Source of the DNA: Penicillus capitatus
Lineage: Eukaryota > Plantae > Chlorophyta
Direction: 5' to 3'
Length of the DNA stretch: 64,000 nucleotides
Assembly (NCBI GenBank): GCA_965649825.1
Contig: OZ287694.1
Coordinates: forward strand, 1,797,197 to 1,861,196
Notes under the pieces: model-generated
What the model was told of the DNA's origin: nothing
The model's input: the letters and a program-made list of their open reading frames with translations, nothing else
The model's database searches: none
Position numbers and translations under genes: made by a program
In this document: positions 51,961 through 64,000 of the stretch, piece by piece
How the letters are laid out: every line of letters begins with the position of its first letter
Numbering within the stretch: position 1 is the stretch's first letter

Positions 51961-54795
51961 ATGGCTGCGACACTTGCTCAGAAATCTTTGGGAGCTCCGT
52001 TGGAAAAACGTAGGACGCGTGGTTCTGACGAAAACGCCTTTTGATCCACGTGTGTTTTTAGCGCTCGTCAAAGGGACGGAAGAATGGGAACGGCATCTGC
52101 CGGCAGAGAAAATTGATGACCGCGACGTGGGGACGCCCGACGGCTGGATTCCGCGGAATCCGGTGTTGCTGCGCCACACGGGCGGCACCCCTTCAACTGC
52201 GAAGCGCCGCTTGACAAACTAACGGACGCCGGGTTCATCACGCCCGTGTCGATGCACTACGTCCGCAACCACGGCGCGGTGCCGAAGATCGATTGGACGA
52301 GCCATCGCATCGAGATAAGGGGACTCGTCGGGCGACCGATGTCCCTAACGATGGAAGACCTCCTAAAGTTCCCGACCTTGACGATTCCCGTCACGTTGGC
52401 CTGCGCGGGAAACCGCCGCAAAGAAACGAACATGTTTAAGAAGACAGTTGGTTTAACTGGGGTCCAGGAGTAACGTCATGCTCCTATTGGACAGGTCGGA
52501 AAGGCAAAGGGTAAAGAGTGAGATCTGATGAGGGTTTTGGCTTAGGTGTGAGATTGTGTGATATTTTGATGTTTGTTGGGACAAAGACGCCAGACGAGGG
52601 AGCGAATCATGTCTGCTTCCGTGGGCCCACGGGAGAGGTGCCCAAGGGAGATGACGGCTCTTACGGGACGTCGATCAACTTGGGTCACGCTCTGGATCCT
52701 TCCAACGAAGTCATTCTGGCCTACAAACAGAACGGCCGATGGCTGACGCCCGATCACGGCTTCCCGATTCGCCTGGTCGTACCGGGCTTCACGGCTGGGC
52801 GCATGGTGAAGTGGCTCAGCGAGATCACAGTGTCCGACAGAGAGAGCAACAACTTCTACCACTACAACGACAACCGCGTCCTTCCTCCCCACGTGGACGA
52901 AGCCCTGTCCAAGGAAGAAGGTGAGCAGAGAAGCGCCCTTGTGCACCTGACTGAGGTGATGGGCTGCTGTTGCAGGATGGGTCTATAAGCCTGAGTTCAT
53001 CGTCAATGAGCTCAACATCAACGCCGCCGTGTCCCGACCGTGTCACGATGAGACACTGGTGCTCAAGGCGAAGAGTCCTTACACCGTGAAGGGATATGCC
53101 TACACGGGTGGCGGCCGCAAAGTGATCCGCGTGGAGGTGTCGTTAGATGCTGGCAAGACGTGGCGACTGGCTGAGATCGACCGTCTAGATGCCGAGACGC
53201 CGTTTGGCAAATCCTGGGCGTGGAGTTTTTGGCGACTGGAAGTGCACCCTTTTGATTTTCTGTACGCGGATGAGATGGTGATCCGTGCTGTCGACTCCGC
53301 ACAGAACTTCCAGCCGGATCAATTGACCTGGAACATGATGGGAATGATGACGAACTGTCACTTCAGAGTCCGCGTACATAAGAAGATGTGTGACGATGGC
53401 ACACTCTCTGTTCGATTCCAACATCCAGCGCCGCCAGAGGTAGGTGCTCTGGGGAACGTCGGATGGAGAGAGGAGGAATCCAAGGCCCGAGAACAGGAAG
53501 CACCTCCCGTAACCGTCGCACCTTTGGCCAGACTTTCGAGTCTTGCCCCTATTAAACTTCCATCATCTATATCAGACCTTCCAGGTAGCTTCTCAGTTCT
53601 ACCGAGTCTGTTCTCACTTTATGTCATGTTTAGTGATAAGGACGTATACGATGGGAGAGGTGGCGGCGCACATAACCGATGGATCGTGTTGGTTTGTGCA
53701 CGAGGGGAAGGTCTATGATGTGACAACTTACCTGGATGATCATCCGGGCGGCGCCGAGTCTATTCTGTTGGAGGCCGGAGGCGACGCGACGGTCGAATTC
53801 AACGCCATCCACTCGCTCAAAGCGAAGTCCATGCTCGAGAACTATTACATCGGAGATTTGGAGGAGTCTGAAAAGAAGGCCAAAAAGGAAGTGCCTGTGG
53901 GACGGGAACCGGTCGTCCACGTCCGAAAGCCGTCGCAAGTGCCCGAGATCGTGGAAGCTCCTTCAGCGCTCGACCCAAAGGCGAAGATCCGTTGCGAGTT
54001 GACAGAGAGAGTCGAACTAAACCACAACACACTGCTCCTGCGTTTCGCCCTGCCGTCTCCCGATCAGAAACTGGGACTGCCAGTCGGACAACACATGTAC
54101 CTCTATGCAGGTCTGCATCTCCCCCTCTTCTCATCTGGCAGTGAATTCGTGTCTGTTTTGCAGATATCCAGGGAGAGGTGTGCATGAGAGCATACACGCC
54201 GACGTGCTCCGACGAGCTGGGCTTCTTCGACCTGGTCGTCAAGATCTACCGAGCGAACGAGCATCCCGATTTCCCAGAGGGCGGCAAGATGTCTGCCTTC
54301 TTGGACAACATGAAGATCGGCGATACGATCAGCGTCAAGGGACCCACGGGTCATTTCAAGTACATTGGCAAGGGAGAGTACGTCAACAACCGACGTCCAG
54401 GAAAGGCGAAGCAGCTATCTATGATCGCGGCGGGCACGGGCATCACACCGATGTACCAAGTGATCAAGGCCGTTCTCAACGATCCCTTCGACGAGACCAA
54501 TATTAAGCTCCTCTATGTCAATCGACACGTGGAGGACATCTTACTTCGGGAGGAGCTGGATCAGCTGGCCCTCCTGCATCCGAACTTCGATATCTGGTAC
54601 ACGCTCACCGCTCCTCCTGCCGACTGGTTCTTCTCCACCGGTCGTGTCAACCTGGAAATGCTGAAGCGCACGCTCTTCCCTGTGTCTAAGGACGGTCTGG
54701 TCCTCATGTGTGGGCCGCCAGCTATGTGTGACACTGCTTGCAAGCCGAATCTGGAAAAGCTAGGGTGGGACAAGACCCAGATGATGGAGTTCTGA
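51961..54795 (+). CDS. NIA1: Assimilatory NAD(P)H nitrate reductase (Moco-dimer-cyt b5-FAD domains) with two apparent single-base deletions
   Basis: DDRDVGTPDGWIPR, HPFNCE, HYVRNHGAVP, TLACAGNRRKE, PDHGFPIR, NFYHYNDNRVLP, WNMMGMMTNC, heme domain HPGG/FNAIHS, RAYTP, MIAAGTGITPM, CGPP, MEF-stop. Frame breaks at ~52181 (ACG GG- CGG) and ~52452 (GGT TT- AAC). Confidence 0.95.
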
Positions 54796-56574
54796 TCAAC
54801 GTGCTGCTCATGACTGTCGACATCGCATGCAGAAACGGCATCAAGTGTGCGATGGTGTTACCCCTTGAGTCTCTTTGTTTCTCTGTTCAACGATATCCCC
54901 CTGTTGGCAGCAGCTCTGAACTGCTGGTGTGTGATCTGTCTCACTAGAGACGGCGGTTATGTTTTTTTGTGCATCGGTGTTTTGGCTGCTGTATCTCGGA
55001 ATTCTGCCTGTATTGGGAATTTCTGTCTTTTTAGCTGTATCATGGGCTCAATGTACGATGAAGAGTTCGTGTGATTTTGTATAAAGGTTCACCATCCCCT
55101 CAACGATGCATGCACCCGTGTATTGTTTTTCGTTTCTCAAAGGTTTCGAAAACTGTGTGATGGTTTGTTTGTGTGGGAACGATTCGAATGTCTGCTAGAG
55201 AGGTCATTGTTTCTGGAACGCTGTATGAATCTCGTTCGTCGTTTCTGACCCATTGTCTGGCAGTACCTCATGACACAAACGTTGCGTATTCTCTTCCGTG
55301 TCGTCAGAAGGTGTCGTTCAGTCGCACAGAGCAACGGCGACCCAGAGATACACTCAATCACTCACGGGGAGGGGTTCGATGAAGCATGACATCGCGAAGC
55401 CGCATATGCGTGCATCTCATTCAAGTTTAGAACGACGAGATTTGCTGTCTGTCTTACAGGAGCTGGATTGCAGTGACTGGACGACACATAGGAGTCCATA
55501 TCTGTTCATAGGATCGATGGCCCGATTCCAAAGGAAGATGCAGTCATGATGTGACTGGCTGACCCCATAATGCTTCTTCTTTTGACTTCTATTACTGGAG
55601 TGCTTCCTCTTCTCGACAGATCCCGCAATGCCATTGGATCGGAACGTCGTTCTTTGCTTGACTGGGCATCGAACCAGACGCGGATGTGTGACTTCTGTCT
55701 CTGTTGAGCCCAGCGTCATTAGCGGGTGTTCTTCAGCACGTGTGAATGGGGCTCCGGTGTCTTCATCTGTAGCTGCCCAATCATGAAGTGTGATGTGCTA
55801 TATACTCCAGAAGCCCTAAGTCGAGTGACACGTGGCACAGAGAATTATGTCTTCCTTCTCCTTACCTGTGTTCGATGCATCGAGAGATGCATTCAGACAT
55901 AAGGTCATGCTGCGTCGAATGGCACTGATGCAGTCGCTGCTGAATCAGTGCTGGTGCGTCCACGGACAGTCATTCCATCATTGAACATTCCCCATCGCGA
56001 ATGCCTCGATCAGAAATGCTGAAATTGGTTGCACTGTGAGGTCTGTTCACGAAGCTCGATTCCTGACAGCCACTGCAGCGGTAGTACTCTACTGTCCGGC
56101 AAACAAATGCTTAGACAAATCCGACCGACGGTTAGCTTGATGGGGACACATCTGCGGTGTTCAGCATCGATGGTGAGAATCCAATCGTCAGTTTGCCACA
56201 GAAGGGCGAGTTTCTTCTTCTCGATGCCAAGTGCATGCGTGAAGCACAAGGAAGGGGCAGAATGATGTAGGAGGCTGCCAATCGAACTAAACACTGGACG
56301 TCTCCTAAAAGAACTGTTATACAGAACTCGCCTAACCACTATGCGCCGCATCTGTGGCTCACTGGTGCGACAGATGGCGTAGACAATCCAACTTTATTCG
56401 TTTAACACCGTCACGCGATTCTCAATTAACGTCATCAAAACCGAACTAAAGTCCGAGCCTCTGATTCTCATTGCGAAGTTAACTGCGAACGTGTGCAACG
56501 CTAAAACGACAAGTCTGTTCTATCTTACCTTCTGCTCAATGACACGACTATTCTGTGCACAGGCTGACAAAGCA

Positions 56575-58070
56575 TGCAACCTCAAACTTCTGTCCAAGGA
56601 CCAACGGCTGGGAGACCGTCCGCATCGGGAGATGGCGGTCAACTCCGTCAGAGCAACTCGGACGTCGACGAAGTTGACAATCCGAAGCTCCTCCGCGCCG
56701 TCGCCAAAAAACACGGCATAGAGAGCACGCAGTCTCTGGTGGCGGCGTATAACGCCACTGTCGCGTAGAAACGTCCCCTGTGGCCTGGTCAACATGACTG
56801 TGTCTGGAGGTCCGGGGGAAGGTATGTCTTCCGGGCGGGGCACTACGAGGTCGATACTGGCGTCTTCTGAGCTTCGCTGCGACCCGTAGATCTCTGCGTT
56901 GTCAACGATCTGTTCGGCGCCTCGCAGTCGTAGGTCAGAAGCCTCTGCCTGGCGGAACCGATTGAGACGGTCTTCGAATGTGGGATAGAGTGGCGCGTAG
57001 GGTATGGTCGCGCGGTGAACGTCGCGTCCTGCGTTGCGATCTGCCAGGATGCAGTAAACGACAAACTTACACAGAAATCGTAAGACAAGAGTCCGTTCAG
57101 CCCCCCCTTTTTATGCGGTCCGATGATGCGACTTCCACGAAGGAGTGTGTCAGCGCGTCATCAGAACCAGAGAAAAGTGCCCCGAGACACAGCTGACAAG
57201 ACAACCAGCGCCCCCGCGCACAGCTGACCCCCATAAAACTAAGCAGTGTCACATCGCTCGGCGACAGCCACGACGGATAAGGACGAGCGTGGTGTGGTGA
57301 ACGGAAGGAGAGGAGAGACCGCATCCAAGCTGCCAGAGAGGCGTCGCATGACGTCAGCATGACGCGAGGTTTCGCGTCATGCCATTTTGGCATATAAAAG
57401 GGATTTCTCCTTGTCAAACAGTAGTCCTTTAAACACGTTTACAATTTCCACGCGCGTATACAAAACCCATTGTATCAGTGGTGTCCTCCTTCACTGGCTG
57501 CGGCAATACAACAGGCGAAATCAAGACTGCTCAAGACCCGAGGAGGTTCTCGAGTACGCGGAACTGGCAAAGATAGTTCCCCGCACAGGCCAAGAAGAAC
57601 GTCTTCTGACGGGTGTACTCGAACGGTTCTGGCCCCGCGGACCGGACACGCTGTCCGCTTCCTGATATGACAGCGGTCCGCAGGCGCCGAGGGTACTTAA
57701 GTGACTGGACTCACCATGTAATCAGTCTCTGCATTGACTCCTTACCGTTTCTCCGCATTCGCACACGCGTTGGCGCGTTCGCGTCGCGCCAGTGTCCGGC
57801 GTATTCCCGACAATGGTTCTAGCCATGGACCTCGTGTCCAGTCTATCTTGCATGCCGAGGCTCACGAAGAAAAACTTCTCCGAGCATGAAGCCACTTTCT
57901 TAGCTCTCCACCAGACGTTATTCATTTTGCACACTATTGGACGTGGAAGCCTGATCGTAGTCGAGAAGCTCAATCAGTGCGTCCACGTTTTGGAGAAATT
58001 CCCCGTGATACTCGACGACACCATTGACGAGACAAAGTCGGAGGTTCGTGACTTTGACCACATCTGAATC
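56575..58070 (+). pseudogene. Interrupted, frameshifted paralogue of the gene starting at 62584
   Basis: LRQSNSDVDEVDNPKLLRAVAKKHGIESTQSLVAAYNAT (56575-56768), then after ~700 nt GVLLHWLRQY...EYAELAKI and KKNFSEHEATFLALHQT; all align to the 62584 protein in order. Confidence 0.8.
56775..57477. other. ~700-bp insertion splitting the pseudogene (unclassified)
   Basis: The homologous codons NAT..ERGVLL, adjacent in the 62584 copy, are separated here by ~700 nt. Contains a TATA-like catataaaag and ends in ...tgtatca; no convincing TIR or TSD. Confidence 0.55.
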
Positions 58071-58769
58071 CATTCGACTTCGAGAGAGCTTCGTCGACCA
58101 CACAATTCTGATGAGCGAACGCATCGAAAGTCTGACACGTTTGAAGACCTCATTCGATCCATGAAACGCTTTGTTGTCGGCCTCTGCTCCACACATAACT
58201 CTCTCTGACTCCTTCCTTACGTAATGCACAGCGGCCCGGAAAAAAATATCACACCGGTCCCGCCACATGAACCGGCTCGACAGTTCGGCCGGATTGGAGT
58301 CGGCGTTTTCTTCAGGTGCGGCCATTGAGCAGATCAGAATCGGGCAGAAGTCGAAGCGAATGGAGCAGAAGCCGAAGCGAATTCATCCGCGTTCCTGATG
58401 AAACGCTGAACTACTAACCGCTGCACCACGGAGGCGTTCTCTGATTCCATGCTGTCGCGCTTTCCTCTTATGCAGAGGATATCTCTTAACGCGATCGAGT
58501 TGACGCAGCACAGCCAGTGTCGGGTCCCGAGTCCCATTGCGCGGTCAAGGGCGTCGTCGGCTTGTTGGAAGGAATCGACCACGATCGCGTAGTCGTCTCT
58601 GTCGTTGACACGCTTCGTTTCGATTTGGTGGTCGACGGAGAGTGTCAATGACCAGAAACGCCGTTCGATTTTCGAGGCTTCTAGATCTTCTGCGAAGAAA
58701 TTGGGAAAAGTGCGAGCACATGTATGAGAAGGGCACGCGGAGCACGTAGAGTTAAACTTCATTGGTTTT

Positions 58770-61640
58770 TAAGTTCATCGCCGATACACCAACGGGGACT
58801 ATGCACCCACTCAAAGGAATGCTTACCGTAATCGCACACGTTTCCCATCGCAGGCCATCGTCCACTGTTTGCTGCTCAAGGGCAGTCTTCCTACGCTAAT
58901 GAATGTGAGCGATAGTTTCTCTGGAAAGCAGGCCACGGAAGACACTCTCTTGAAACAGCTAAAGCAACGGGGACAGAGGCTTGTGTGGCAAACCCATTTC
59001 GGACGTCTGTGATGCACCCGAGTCGTTTTCTAGGCTTCCCTCGGGGACGACACGTGGGATGCGCTCTTCCATGACGTGCTGGACGTCTCAATACCTTACG
59101 CTTCCTTCATCATCGAAGATCTGCACACCGTCGCCAACGCTGTCCGCACGGTCTGCGTTCTGCAAGGGGTTGGGAGATCCGTGTCTGGGACGCTTCTGTG
59201 GACAGGAATTCTATCCGCCCCTGCCGAACAGATCAGATTTGTGGAATTTTGGGGCTGGACATTACGTTGGACTCGATCACGCCGGGCACATGTTCTACTG
59301 TCGAGAGTCCAGGCGTCGCAGAAAACTCGATCAGATGGACACCGAGATCTCAGGCTTTCTGATCCAGCTCATCGATCACCCACATCTCGGCCATGAGAAG
59401 ACGCTTCTCCTCCGGTTTGGCGATCGTGGAATGACACTGGATGGGGACACATGGAAGTGGAAGTCGGGAAGAAGCCGAGTCGGTGCTACCGGCCGTCGAC
59501 GTTGCGAGACTCGGAGACGAAATGCTGTCCTCGCGAACGACATCTCTGCCGTCCAGCTGTGTCGAGCATCTGCGGATCGCGAGATGGAACAGATCGACCT
59601 GCCGCCAACGTTGGCTCTCTTATTGGACGTTCCTGTCCCGTACGGAAGCGCCAGTAAACCATCTCTCCAACTCCTGAATCTGGGACGGCGAGCAGACGAT
59701 CCCCGTGATCTGCTATCCTTCCTTCGGATAAATGCTTGGCAGGTGGATTATTACTTTAACGCATGTGCCAAGGCTGCCAAGGGGTCCTTTCCGAAACGTA
59801 TTCGGGAATTCAACGATCTCTGTGCGCAAGCTGTCGGACAGACGGACAGCGCGACGTACGATGGGATTTCAGAGTGACGGATCTCTCTTCGATCCATCCT
59901 TGCAGGCTGTATGTGGAGTACCTGAATGCTGCTGCTGCTGCTGCCTTCGCTCGAACGCACTGGACACACAGTTCGATTGCGTTTCCAGTCTGTTTGGAGT
60001 AGCCCTGTTCACTACGGCACTCTGTGTCCAGACAAAGGACATCAGGCGAGGCATCGAGTATCTGTTTCTCACACGCAGACTCCGAAAAGGCGGTTGTGGA
60101 GGGGAGCATCCAGAGCAGCTCACACCCTTGTCACTCTATTGTTGCTGCATGGCTTCACCTACTCTTGAATAGGTTCATCACAGGAGGGTCGCGTCGCCGG
60201 TGCAGTTGTGCCTTGTGATGATTTGCGTGCATTGAACGACAGTGGATCTGTAGGAATGTTGCAGAGGATTCCCTGTCGTACAGCAAAAATCGCTGATTTA
60301 CTTGAATGGCAAATTAAACAGTCGTCTCCGTACATTGATGGTCGACACATCCGCCGTGACAACTTGTGCAGGCCCTTGTCAGCAACCATACATTAGGTGA
60401 AGAGTGGCCTATACTCGTTCGCGGCCGTGAAACATGTGCCCATCGCGTATCCTTACTTTGGACACTCATCATAAGGTGCATCACGTCGGAGAGGAGGTAT
60501 CTGTCGACGGCGATTGTGTACAGAAGACCATTTCCTTCGTCTTTCATTTCGGATTCGGTGATCACCAGAGTGACGTGTCAGGTGCCAGATATCATGAGCA
60601 TTAGTAGCTGTCGTGCAATGGACAATAGAGACCAAGCTATCGCTTCACGCGGAGAGGGAAGCACTGTCCAACGTCGCCAAAGAAACAGAAGATCTCAACA
60701 ATGCTGAAGGCACGAAGGAATGAGAGAAACAACAAACGAAGGTGCGTTTGGCTTTATATCCTCTCGCAACCCGTCCTCCGACGTCACATCGCGGTATCCA
60801 TCGCTGTGAAGGGCCTTGCCGATGAGCGAGATGACGCAGTGATCTCCTTCGAGTCTAAACGCTAGAGCATAAACGGCAGGTGTGTTGTCACGACAGCTGC
60901 AGACCGACCGAGAGCACTGCCCCCGGGGCAGGTCGTCGAAGAGGTCGTCCACGAGCCAGATTTCGATCTACGGTTGTATACGCTCGTAGAAATACGGAAG
61001 GCAAGTAGGACGCCTATGTGCGTTGTTGTTTGAAGCCTGGGATGGATGACAGGTTCGGTGTGTCGAAGGTATTGTTTGTAAGCGATCTACTGGACGCCTG
61101 TCGCGTCAATAAGCACAGAGGAGCCTGTTGGAATGCTGGGAGAAGACGATGGGTGCCGAGAAACGCCTCGACAGAACGCCGCATGGCGTCGACACTGACA
61201 CGTCACATCAACGTGTCCGTTGTCTGGAAGGTGACGCTTCGGCGGAGAAGGCGTCAACGTCTCGACGATGGCGTGGAATGAACGTTCTGTACGGAAGGGA
61301 TCGAATGAGAGACGTCGCGTGGCTTCTGGCATTTCGCCAAGCTGAGTGCTCAGGTTTGGCAGCAATTCGGGTACGGCCACCCACTCTTCCTCACTCTTTC
61401 TGTGTTTGCAAGTTTGTCGCCTTGTTCTTTGCGATATCCTGCAGTTCCGGAGAGATTCTCATGTTGGAAGGGGCGCAGTTCGCGATGCAATTGAGTCCTG
61501 TCGACGGGGTACGGACAACTTAAACTTACAGACAGATATCCGAATTCAAGTCCTTGGCTATGATGCTGCTCACCCCATTACGAGATGCGGCAGTCAAGAC
61601 GCGATGGAATCGAAGATACAGATAATCGCACCCCAGTGAA
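58770..61640 (+). pseudogene. Decayed GPI ethanolamine-phosphate transferase (PIG-O/GPI13-like)
   Basis: Scattered across frames in the expected order: KFIADTPTGTMHPLKG, GDDTWDALF, PYASFIIEDLHTVAN, HYVGLDHAGH, FGDRGMT (GDHGMT eroded), QIDLPPTLALLLDVPVPY, LRINAWQV, FARTHWT, ...QIIAP. Confidence 0.65.
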
Positions 61641-62583
61641 AAAAGCCCTTGAAGATGCACGCCCAACACTATCTACCAGCATGGCAATGTGTTGCACTCT
61701 ACCGAACTGCGTGCTGGACATTATCCTCCAAATCATCTGAAGTCTTGCTGCTATTCTTTGATGGAGCTCGGCCCAGAGAGTGGGATGTGGCAACAACACT
61801 CGAGATCTTCGTGGCTATACTCCTGGAAAGGCTTTGATTGGTTTCACACAGAGATCATCGACCCTTTGCTAGACACATTGAAGACTGATTGCACAATGCG
61901 AGGAGCAAAAGTGGTACCTGTTGCACAGGCACTGGCTGTGATGCAGTTTCTGGTCTACCTAAGTCAACTGCCGGCTCATCTTTCGATCGTACCTAGAATG
62001 GCTTTTCCGAAAAAGTAGACGATGGAGCTGTTTGCAATGCAGCGTTGAATTTCATACGCTGTGCTCTTTGCTGGCGACGCATCTGACAGCTGCCAGATTA
62101 GATTCAATCTCACACCATCTTATTTACAGGGCTGCAAAGAATGCTTTCGTGCAAAGTCGTTTTCATCCTCACAGGACGCAAAAGGGCTCTCATCGAAGTA
62201 GATTATACTTACATCAGGTCTTGTAAATCCTCAGCCAGATACCCAGTAAGCTCTTCAACACCCTCTATCTTTTCTTCTATTTAGTGATGGTTTAGATTGA
62301 AGGCCATTCTCACACAATTGGGAGAAACAAGGTTCGCGATAATGGTTACAAGCCAAAAAGATAAGGAGAGAACGCTGCAGACATTTGGACGCCAAACTAT
62401 CCGTCGGGAGATTTTGATTAATATCATCAACGTGCAACAACTGCAATCCACACCTACGTCCGGGTTGTCATTTCGACTACAAAGTTTATTGCCAGCCTCT
62501 TAAACGACGCCCAAACGGTAGGTTTCAAGTGCACGCGTTGTGACCTCAACGTTACCATTCTCCTTTGTGCAGGTTGTCCGAAT

Positions 62584-64000
62584 ATGGAATCTCAAGCATC
62601 GACCGAAGAACCGACGGCCGAGGGACCGCCCGCAACGGAAAATGAAAGTCGGCTCCGCCAGAGCTATTCGGGCGTGGAAGAACTAAACGACCCGAAACTC
62701 CTGCGCGCTGTCGCCAAGAAATACCGCATTGAAAGCACGAAGTCGCTGGTGGCGTCATACAACGCCACGACGGATAGGGACGAACGTGGCGTCCTCCTTT
62801 ACTGGCTGCGCAGATACGACGAGCAAAAAGATGACTGTCTCAACCCGAAGCACGTCCATGAGTTCGCGGAGTTGGCGAGGATCATGCCTTACTCGATGCA
62901 AGACAAAGAACTCCTGAAGAATCTGATCCGTGCTTTCGGTTCACGCCTTCGTCAGAGAGAGTTTCTCGAAGAGAATCTGGCCGTGGCTCTCTACAGAGCA
63001 CTCATGCATGTTGACTCTTCCGCATTTGACGGCGTGGCCGATCTGGTAGTTGTAGCAAGGAAGCTGTTAAACAGCTTATGTCCGGAACCAAAACTCTCTA
63101 GAGAGACCTTCTCAGAGCACGAAGCAACGTTTTTCGCACTTCAACAAACCTTTTTTCTGCTCAATGAAAAAAGCCATGGCAACATCAGCGAAGAAGAGAA
63201 GCAAGAGTTTCGTCGAGCCATCGCCAAGAAGCAGAACGAGATGGAGCTCTCGTGCAAGTACTACCCAGTAAACTTCTCTTTCAAGGCGCTTCGTCAAGAA
63301 GTGGAACGCCTCGATCTCAAGGGTCCATCATCGCCTCTCGCACAAGCGATGCGATGTGCCACTCTTGCACTGTGCGGAACCCTGCATGTTTTCCATTGCG
63401 TCAGAAACCTGGCGAGCTTTGATATCGATCCCTCGGAAATCGTGGATTCAAACAGAAGTCTGCGAGAGATGATTGCCGGACTTGGTGTGTCGAAGAGACC
63501 GTGGTTTGATCTGTTTCGAAATCTGATGATGGCAAGGCTTGATGCATCGAAGGACGTCACGAGTCTCGAGCTTTTCGAATCCTGTTACAACGCTGCGATG
63601 GAATATCAACGAAAGATGAGAAAAGGAGAAGACTTGAAGGCGCTTAGATTTGGCATCATTCAAGAACTTGGCGTGCTCGCAAAGAAAGGATCGGTGGAAA
63701 TCACTCGCGAAGAAGCCATAAAAAAGCTGCTGCAACTGGCAACAAAAGAAGCCGTCGACGAACGATGGATTGACGATGCAGATGTCTTACTCGCGTTCCT
63801 AGATGTCATACACAAGATCCACAAAACCAACCAAGGAGACGAAAGACCCAAAGAAACAATCCAACTCCTGCACCTGTCTTGCGAGGGCCGTGTCAATGAA
63901 GTGTTGGCGGAATGGTTGGGTGGAAGAAGCCTAGAAGACAAGCTTCGAGTCAGAGGCCCGCAAAGGCCAGTGCTGGTGCGTAAGGAGTTGTTTGTCGCGA
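62584..64000 (+). CDS. Large intronless alpha-helical (ARM-like) protein, 5' partial; resembles N-terminal regions of NACHT/NLR-like proteins
   Basis: Open frame from ATG 62584 to the window edge (about 472 codons, read by hand; missing from the ORF track because it has no stop). MESQAST...PKLLRAVAKK...RGVLLYWLRRY...YYPVNFSFKAL...PWFDLFRNL...RFGIIQEL...TREEAIKKL...WIDDADV. The family resemblance is from memory only. Confidence 0.75.
   Translation, partial: MESQASTEEPTAEGPPATENESRLRQSYSGVEELNDPKLLRAVAKKYRIESTKSLVASYNATTDRDERGVLLYWLRRYDEQKDDCLNPKHVHEFAELARIMPYSMQDKELLKNLIRAFGSRLRQREFLEENLAVALYRALMHVDSSAFDGVADLVVVARKLLNSLCPEPKLSRETFSEHEATFFALQQTFFLLNEKSHGNISEEEKQEFRRAIAKKQNEMELSCKYYPVNFSFKALRQEVERLDLKGPSSPLAQAMRCATLALCGTLHVFHCVRNLASFDIDPSEIVDSNRSLREMIAGLGVSKRPWFDLFRNLMMARLDASKDVTSLELFESCYNAAMEYQRKMRKGEDLKALRFGIIQELGVLAKKGSVEITREEAIKKLLQLATKEAVDERWIDDADVLLAFLDVIHKIHKTNQGDERPKETIQLLHLSCEGRVNEVLAEWLGGRSLEDKLRVRGPQRPVLVRKELFVA

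Noticed and set aside
55000-56400. ORF fragments downstream of nitrate reductase
   Set aside because: Stops in all frames and no recognisable family; no nitrate-cluster partner (NRT2, NiR) was seen.
58338-58382. 21-bp tandem duplication and the (CTG)6 tract at ~59926-59945
   Set aside because: Ordinary slippage repeats in decayed sequence.

Overview
Eukaryotic nuclear DNA from a green-lineage organism, most likely a chlorophyte alga. This is inferred from the RAF2-like, EDM2-like, AP2-domain, nitrate reductase and plastid-type AlaRS genes. The standard genetic code appears to be in use. The window has three zones. (1) About 1-28.5 kb is an accessory-like zone: an unknown multi-TM ORF, a serpin, two decayed Ty3/Gypsy elements, an M1 aminopeptidase carrying an in-frame 8x20-aa repeat, two intronless ACS-family MFS paralogues, and a ~1,500-aa beta-propeller/ankyrin/TRP channel gene. 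(2) About 29-55 kb is a very compact block of conserved genes (K/E-rich protein, RAF2/PCD, sphingosine kinase, AlaRS, SCC3, ULP SUMO protease, AP2, EDM2-like, ISCA1, KIF12-like kinesin, CPBP, nitrate reductase) with many 44-62 nt introns. (3) About 55-64 kb holds pseudogenes (PIG-O-like, ARM-like paralogue) and the 5' part of a large intronless helical-repeat protein. The most striking unexplained signal is a family of tiny introns sharing an orientation-independent motif, GTCACATC-TCACTCTTTT / AAAAGAGTGAGAT-GTGAC, which often forms an inverted repeat inside one intron, together with highly degenerate 5' splice sites. Also notable are same-strand genes separated by only 3-90 nt (possible polycistronic expression). 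All exon structures were inferred by hand; family assignments are from recalled motifs, not database searches. No rRNA, tRNA or CRISPR array was recognised.
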